This document shows positions 58,592 through 64,000 of a DNA stretch of 64,000 nucleotides, piece by piece; the stretch's first letter is position 1; each line of letters opens with the position of its first letter. The position numbers and the translations under genes were made by a program. The notes beneath the pieces are model-generated. The model had not been told where the DNA came from and did not search any database. It was given only the letters and a program-made list of their open reading frames with translations. The stretch lies in assembly GCA_963675595.2 (NCBI GenBank), contig CAXXLZ010000001.1, forward strand, positions 1,568,001-1,632,000, read 5' to 3'. The DNA comes from Thermodesulfobacteriota bacterium. Its GTDB lineage: Bacteria; Desulfobacterota; Desulfarculia; JACQYL01.

Positions 58592-59860
58592 CTAGCCGTC
58601 CAGCAAACGGGCCAGTTCTTTTTCCAGGCCGTGCAGAGGCCAGGTTCGGCGGCCACCGGAGTGTCGGGGGCCCAGGGCCAGGGCCTCACGAATCGGGACA
58701 TCGTTGAGCATCATGGCGGTGAGTCCGCCCAGGCGGTCCAGGTCGTCCAGTCCCTGTACGCCCGCCAGACGATTCCCGGAAAACACCAGTTGCAGCTCCC
58801 CATCCCCGGACTTTCGGTGAAGGACGCGCGCTTCACCTTCGGGGAAATCCACGGCCGGCGCGCCCACGGCACCCACCGCCCGATCGAACATTTTCACGGT
58901 GGTCACGTTCAGGCTCCCGGCATAGCGCTTACGGGCCCCCGCCGCGTTGGCCCCGGCGGTTTGCCCTTGAAGCCTCGCATTGTTCCAAAGCATGTGCAGC
59001 CCGCGGGCTCCGGAGATGAGGTCCTTGGATTCGGCGCAGTCCCCACACGCCCAGACGCCCGGCAACCCCACACTCATGGTTTCGTCCGTGTCGATGCCCC
59101 CCGCGGGTCCCAAAGCAAGACCACCCGCCTTGGCCAGTTCCACACGAGGGCGCATGCCGATGACCAGCACCACCACGTCCGCCGCCAGGGTTCGCTGATC
59201 CGTGCGCACCGCCTCCACGCGCACGCCTCCCTCGATCTCTTCCACCCGTTCGCCGAGGAAAACCGAAACGCCCCTGCCTTCCAGGTGCTTTTTCACGGAC
59301 TCGGAAAGCGGCGCGTCCAACATCCGGGGAAGAATGCGGTCCATTAGTTCCACCACGGCCACGGACCAGCCCAGGCGCCGGAAGGCCACGGCCGCCTCCA
59401 TACCCACGGGACCCGCGCCCACCACCACGGCGGCTTTTCCTTGCATCCGGCGCAATCCCTCAGCATCATCGAAGCTCTTGAGGGCGAACACACCTTCCTT
59501 ATCCACCCCGGGAATGGGAGGCACAAAGGGTCGGCTTCCCGTGGCGATGATCAACCCGTCGTAGACAAGTTCCTCGCCGTCGAGCCGAAGTGCACGGTCT
59601 TCAGGAGACCAGGAAGACACTTCCCGGGAAAATCTCATTTCAATTCCGGCTCGAACATAGTCTTCCGCAGAACGCAGGAACACCGTGCTTCGAGGAATTT
59701 CACCGGCCACGTATTCCGCCAGCACGCATGCGCTGTACAGAGGGTGCGGTTCCCGGCTCAGCATGACGACGCGCGCGTCCGGATCCGTTCTTTTGGCCGC
59801 AAAGGCGGCCTGGTCTCCGGCGATGCCGTTTCCCACCACCGCGATCACGCTATTTCCCAT
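58592..59860 (-). CDS. FAD-dependent pyridine nucleotide-disulfide oxidoreductase (AorC-like)
   Basis: Contains VGNGIAG, YSAC, IATGS, VGAGPVG.E and WACGDC. Overlaps the stop of the upstream FeS gene. Confidence 0.88.
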   Translation of the reverse strand: MGNSVIAVVGNGIAGDQAAFAAKRTDPDARVVMLSREPHPLYSACVLAEYVAGEIPRSTVFLRSAEDYVRAGIEMRFSREVSSWSPEDRALRLDGEELVYDGLIIATGSRPFVPPIPGVDKEGVFALKSFDDAEGLRRMQGKAAVVVGAGPVGMEAAVAFRRLGWSVAVVELMDRILPRMLDAPLSESVKKHLEGRGVSVFLGERVEEIEGGVRVEAVRTDQRTLAADVVVLVIGMRPRVELAKAGGLALGPAGGIDTDETMSVGLPGVWACGDCAESKDLISGARGLHMLWNNARLQGQTAGANAAGARKRYAGSLNVTTVKMFDRAVGAVGAPAVDFPEGEARVLHRKSGDGELQLVFSGNRLAGVQGLDDLDRLGGLTAMMLNDVPIREALALGPRHSGGRRTWPLHGLEKELARLLDG

Positions 59861-60311
59861 AGACATGCCTCGCTGTGTTCCGCTTTCGATCCATCCGCCA
59901 ATCGTCCTCGTCCATGTACAAAAGGGCCGTCTCTCCACAGTATCGGACACAAACGGGATCCCCGCCGCACTGGTCGCACCGAACGACCTTTCGTTCCACG
60001 GGATCCACGTGTAATCCCCCATTGGGGCACGCGGACACGCAACTGAAGCAGTTCACGCAGCGCTCCCGGTCCACACGGATCGCTCCCACCTCATCCCGAT
60101 GCACGGCATTTACAGGACAAACCGTAGTGCACACGGGCTCCAGACAGCTCCGACACAAGATCGGGAGATACACCCGCTCCGTTTCCCACCCGCACACACG
60201 GATCCTGGACCTGGACTTGTCCCACTCGCCCGTTTTCGCCAGAGAACAGGCGATCTCGCATAGGCCGCATCCGTTGCAGCGATCCTGATCGACCACAATG
60301 ACTTTGCTCAT
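59850..60311 (-). CDS. 4x[4Fe-4S] protein (DmsB/AorA-like)
   Basis: Four Cys clusters: CNGCGLC..AC, CRSC.EP.C...CP, CVNCFSCVSACP and CDQC..DPVC...C. Confidence 0.9.
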   Translation of the reverse strand: MSKVIVVDQDRCNGCGLCEIACSLAKTGEWDKSRSRIRVCGWETERVYLPILCRSCLEPVCTTVCPVNAVHRDEVGAIRVDRERCVNCFSCVSACPNGGLHVDPVERKVVRCDQCGGDPVCVRYCGETALLYMDEDDWRMDRKRNTARHVYGK

Positions 60312-60347
60312 GAGCGGAACTCACCGGCGGTTTCGAAGATGCTTCCT

Positions 60348-60392
60348 TGAGGGAAACCTTTAAAAAGGCTTCCCCCACACCCCTTTTCCAAA
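60348..60392 (-). repeat. Intergenic palindromic (REP-like) element, copy C
   Basis: The minus strand reads TTTGGAAAAGGGGTGTGGGGGAAGCCTTT-TT-AAAGGTTTCCCTCA, clearly related to 50041-50087. Confidence 0.6.
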
Positions 60393-60603
60393 CCCTTCAT
60401 GCGGGCGCCGCCTCTCTCCGGGAGGAGGCGCACTCGGGTGAACGACGAGTTGAAAAAGTTGATAAGAACCGAAAGAAGCCCGGTACGACACGGAACCATG
60501 TCCCAACAACCCCCTCGAAGACCACGGAACCAGCCAAACAACGGCCTCGGCACCCGCCGGCCGGCAGGAGTAATACGTCTTCCGTGGGTTTGGGCTTTCA
60601 TCT

Positions 60604-60664
60604 TTAGACCGCCCGTTGAAAAAGGCCGGTTGCCGCAGATCGCGTTCTTCAACAGCCTGTCTAA
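60604..60664. mobile_element. Possible miniature inverted-repeat element (MITE-like / IS-end remnant)
   Basis: Imperfect 20-bp terminal inverted repeats TTAGACCGCCCGTTGAAAAA / TTAGACAGGCTGTTGAAGAA around a short core. Confidence 0.35.
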
Positions 60665-60672
60665 GGGCCGGA

Positions 60673-62616
60673 CTACCGCGAAGCCGTCACGGTCCACTCG
60701 GCCTCCAGGCCCAATTCCGCGACCTTGGCTTCCGTGGGGACGCCTTTGTCCCGATCCCATCCTCTGGCCTCGAAGTACTCGTCCAACACCTCATTCACCT
60801 TGGCGTCGTCCAGCACCATTCCTTTGGCCGGACCTTCGGGCAGTTTTTCTTTATAGAAACGTTTGGGGTAGATGAAATCCTTGCGCTCTTCCCCTTCGCG
60901 AATATTGAAGAGCTTCTGCAAGTTCCAGATGCGCTCCCCGGCTTTTCGAACCTCCTCCCCGTCCATATCCCAACCTGTGCACGGAGACAGCATTTTCGCG
61001 ATGCTTTCGGGTCCCAAGGATTGGAGGGAGGGGGGGCGCGTGCAAACGCCGATGGAGTTGAATACCGCGATCAGGTCTTCGGACCACTTCTCCATCAACA
61101 CGATGTCCGTAGTCTTCCCGTCGGGAGAAATGATCTTCTTCTTGGTTTCCTCCGGCATATCCAGTTTCTTGAGGAGACCTTCCGGAAACCCGAAGGCTTC
61201 TTTGCGGTAGTCGTCCGGTACCGAGGGAAAACGGAGGTTTTCCACGGGGTTCCTTGTGCGGAGGTGATCTCCTCCCCGTGTGCTCGTGAGAAACCCGAAG
61301 GTCCACACCGACCAGCGGCTCCTGGGATCAAAAGTGGGAATTTCCAGGCCCTTGACCGTCATGGCATAGTCGTCGTTGCCGGTGAGTGCGATGTTGGCCC
61401 GTTGCGCTCCTTCCGCCAAGATATCCCCGATTCCCGTGCGTGTGGCGATCATATCGATTAATTTACAGATGGCTTCCACGTCTCCCCACTCGACGGGAAA
61501 TCCGATTTGTTCTTCCGAGACCAACCCCCGTTGGTAGAGCTCCATGAGCATGGAAATGGTGCCGGCCCCGGAGACCACGTCCACGCCGGTTCTGTGGAAG
61601 GCCTCCGTGCATTTGAGGATACCGTCCATGCTGCCTACGTACAGCTTGGCGCCGATTTCGAACGTCATGGTCACTTCGATGCCCTTCATGGCCAGTCCCG
61701 CATAGGGACCTTCCTTCACATGGGCCCAATGGGCGCACGCCACGGGGCAGGCGCTGCACCCCATGGTTTGATCGCTGAATTTTGGGATTACCTTATGGCC
61801 GCGAGTGTCGAACCAATCCTCGATCACGCCCGTTTGGTAGTTCTTGGCCGGCAGAGCTCCGAATTTGCCGTAGGGACCGGTGGCCGCCATGGAACCCATC
61901 TTGCTGACCGCATCGAAGAACGGTGAGGACATGATCCGGGTACGCATCTCCCGACACACCTGCATGAACTTCTCTTTGTCGGCCACCTTGATGCCGCCTT
62001 TTCCCCTCACCGTGACGGCCTTCAGAAGTTTGGATCCCATGACCGCACCCATGCCCGTCCGCGCCCAGGCGTCGTACTTCCCGTTCTGAATGGCGGAAAA
62101 CCGAATGAGATTTTCCCCCGACTGACCGATGACCGCAGCCTCAAGTTCTTCCCGATGCAGGTCTTTTTCGAGAATGTCCATGGTTTCCCAGACGTCTTTC
62201 CCCCAAAGGTGGGAAGCATCTCGAATCGCCACCTTGCCGTCCTCTATGTCGAGATAGACCGGCGTGTCGGACCTGCCCCGAATGACGAAATGGTCGTAGC
62301 CGGCGTATTTCATCTCGCATCCGAATCGGTAACCGCTGCTTGTACATCCGAAAAGGTTGGTAATGGGAGACTTTGCGGAAACATCCGTTTTGCTCGCGGT
62401 GGGCATCATGGTTCCCACGAGAGGACCCGAGCCGAAAACCAGAACGTTCTCGGGGCCAAGCGGGTCCACTCCCGCCGGCGTATGGTCGAACAGAAGTTTG
62501 GTATTCATCCCCAAACCCCCGAGAAACTTTCTCGCCATGCCTTCATCGAGAGGAATTTTCTCAATCTTCTTGGAAGAAAGGTCTACATCCAATATTACGC
62601 CGGCGTAACCGTACAT
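60673..62616 (-). CDS. aor: Aldehyde:ferredoxin oxidoreductase family protein (W-pterin)
   Basis: Contains GYAGVILDVDL, RTGMGAVMGSK, CSACPVAC, STRGGDH and YFEARGW. Confidence 0.92.
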   Translation of the reverse strand: MYGYAGVILDVDLSSKKIEKIPLDEGMARKFLGGLGMNTKLLFDHTPAGVDPLGPENVLVFGSGPLVGTMMPTASKTDVSAKSPITNLFGCTSSGYRFGCEMKYAGYDHFVIRGRSDTPVYLDIEDGKVAIRDASHLWGKDVWETMDILEKDLHREELEAAVIGQSGENLIRFSAIQNGKYDAWARTGMGAVMGSKLLKAVTVRGKGGIKVADKEKFMQVCREMRTRIMSSPFFDAVSKMGSMAATGPYGKFGALPAKNYQTGVIEDWFDTRGHKVIPKFSDQTMGCSACPVACAHWAHVKEGPYAGLAMKGIEVTMTFEIGAKLYVGSMDGILKCTEAFHRTGVDVVSGAGTISMLMELYQRGLVSEEQIGFPVEWGDVEAICKLIDMIATRTGIGDILAEGAQRANIALTGNDDYAMTVKGLEIPTFDPRSRWSVWTFGFLTSTRGGDHLRTRNPVENLRFPSVPDDYRKEAFGFPEGLLKKLDMPEETKKKIISPDGKTTDIVLMEKWSEDLIAVFNSIGVCTRPPSLQSLGPESIAKMLSPCTGWDMDGEEVRKAGERIWNLQKLFNIREGEERKDFIYPKRFYKEKLPEGPAKGMVLDDAKVNEVLDEYFEARGWDRDKGVPTEAKVAELGLEAEWTVTASR

Positions 62617-62897
62617 ATTCGTTCCTTTCCTCAGGGCCCTTCAAAGAGCGCCCGGTAAACAGCTCCGGCCCTCTTTCGCGTTTTTTCGCCACAACCGCAA
62701 AGCCCCGCTTCCCCGACGAGCGTTCCCATGTTCCGGATGTCGAAGAACGCAAACGACGCGTCTCAGTCATCACCTCACAGCTCTTACCGGTCGTTCTCCG
62801 CCGGGTGAGGTGCGGCCGTGCTTCAGTGTTACCGAGCGGCCGATGGGCGGTGTCTTCCGGGAGCGCTTCCGAAATGAAGACCGCACGTGACCAAGTA

Positions 62898-63377
62898 CTA
62901 ACGACTTTGTTCCACGATGTGCATGAGCTTGCCGGCCGCTTTCCTCAACTTGTCCTGCGAAGCCTCTTCCGCTTCCACAAAGGTTAAAGCCTCACGGGGA
63001 CACTCCCGCACGCACTGAGGGTCTCCCCCGCACAAATTGCATTTCACCATGGCGCCCCGGCCATGATGGATTGCCGGAATCCCGAAAGGACACGCCAGGA
63101 AGCAGGAACGGCACCCGATACAAAGCGCCTCGTCCACCACCATGGCTCCCGTTTCCAGGTCCCGTCGGATCGCGTGCCTGGGGCAGGCTTCGGCGCACAA
63201 AGGCTCCTCACATTGCCGACAGGTCACGGTGACGAATCTGCCGAGATCTTTGAACCAGAGCGCGGTGACCCTGGCGAGCGTCGGATTGAATTCCCCCTCG
63301 TGTTGCATTGAACAGGCCAAGGAACAGGTCCGGCAACCAATGCATTTCTCCGGGTCGAAAAGTATGAACCTAGACAT
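62898..63377 (-). CDS. 4x[4Fe-4S] protein (DmsB/AorA-like)
   Basis: Contains CIGCRTC..AC, CRQCEEP.C..ACP, CIGCRSC..ACP and KCNLC..DPQC...CP. Confidence 0.9.
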   Translation of the reverse strand: MSRFILFDPEKCIGCRTCSLACSMQHEGEFNPTLARVTALWFKDLGRFVTVTCRQCEEPLCAEACPRHAIRRDLETGAMVVDEALCIGCRSCFLACPFGIPAIHHGRGAMVKCNLCGGDPQCVRECPREALTFVEAEEASQDKLRKAAGKLMHIVEQSR

Positions 63378-63461
63378 AACGGTCCCTCCGATATGGAACC
63401 TCGGACGGTGAAATCCACAGTGTTTGGAGCGGCGAGGACTCCATTGTCGGAGTCCTCGGAT

Positions 63462-64000
63462 TCATGAAAGCTGAATGCCTGCTCGCTCGGCCGCGATCAA
63501 GGCGGCTCCAATGGCTCCGGTGATCAACGGCTCTTCCGGCTGCAGCAATTCCACCCCGAGCATTCTCTCGATGGTCTTGACCAGTCCGGAGTCTTTCCCG
63601 CCTCCACCCGTGACGGCCACATCCTTTTCAATCCGCATTCTTTGCGCCAAGCCGGAAATTCTGGAACCCAGCGCCTGATGCAGACCTGCGATAATATCTT
63701 CTTCGGGCGTGCCTTCGGCTACCCGTGAAATGGCTTCCGTTTCCAGAAACACGGCACATCCTGTTGTGAACTTGGCCGGGTTTCGCGACTTCAGGGACAG
63801 GGTTCCCATGTCCCTTTGATTTACTTTCACCACCTTGGAAATGATTTGGAGCACGCGCCCGCTGCCGGCCGCGCATTTGTCGCTGGCCAGGGAGTCCGCG
63901 ACCCTGCCGCCTTCCGTCACTTTGATGATGCGGCTCGCCTGGTTGCCTACTTCAATAACGGTACGCACCGTTGGAAGAAGAAAGTGGGTGCCTCTGCTTT
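63462..64000 (-). CDS. Dehydratase activase / BcrAD-family ATPase (5' end lies outside the window)
   Basis: The frame is open to the window edge. Contains SDKCAAGSG, TGCAVF.E.E, TGGG and TGAIGAAL. Confidence 0.85.
   Translation of the reverse strand, partial: SRGTHFLLPTVRTVIEVGNQASRIIKVTEGGRVADSLASDKCAAGSGRVLQIISKVVKVNQRDMGTLSLKSRNPAKFTTGCAVFLETEAISRVAEGTPEEDIIAGLHQALGSRISGLAQRMRIEKDVAVTGGGGKDSGLVKTIERMLGVELLQPEEPLITGAIGAALIAAERAGIQLS

Noticed and set aside
60308-60760. ORFs in the aor-FeS spacer (150-158 aa) and in the 53183-53600 spacer
   Set aside because: They have R/P/G-rich non-protein-like composition and run through repeat elements or overlap real genes.
1-64000. Selenocysteine/pyrrolysine read-through, frameshifted pseudogenes, CRISPR arrays, tRNA/rRNA
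   Set aside because: The recognised proteins appear full-length with Cys at the motif positions checked. No regularly spaced repeats or structural RNA gene signatures were seen by eye.

Overview
This is a gene-dense, GC-rich bacterial chromosomal window. Its gene content suggests a strict anaerobe, probably Desulfobacterota/Syntrophobacterales-like (inference). It is dominated by CoA-ester, alcohol and aldehyde metabolism: three thiolases, FadJ, an ACAD plus APH kinase plus ETF, 2-hydroxyacyl-CoA dehydratase subunits with two activases, two aldehyde:ferredoxin oxidoreductases with FeS/FAD partners, an acetylene-hydratase-like Mo/W-bisPGD enzyme, two Zn alcohol dehydrogenases with a PAS/NarL two-component system, a TPP-dependent lyase, a formyltransferase-like protein, and thiC under a TPP riboswitch. 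I saw no rRNA, tRNA, CRISPR array, integrase or transposase. The most notable observations are: (1) a possible formyl-CoA (C1) carboligation or cleavage system made of an ALDH1L1-type stand-alone formyltransferase, a HACL-like TPP enzyme and 2-hydroxyacyl-CoA dehydratase/beta-oxidation genes; (2) a ParB-domain/coiled-coil/J-domain fusion; (3) an lva/ACAD10-11-like 4-hydroxyacyl-CoA cluster; (4) a Mo/W enzyme with an Asp-containing FeS motif directly upstream of an AOR; (5) a TPR-SEC-C protein with a possible degenerate STAND module; (6) a tandemly duplicated promoter/operator unit and dispersed palindromic repeats. All calls come from motif recognition by eye, and no database searches were run.
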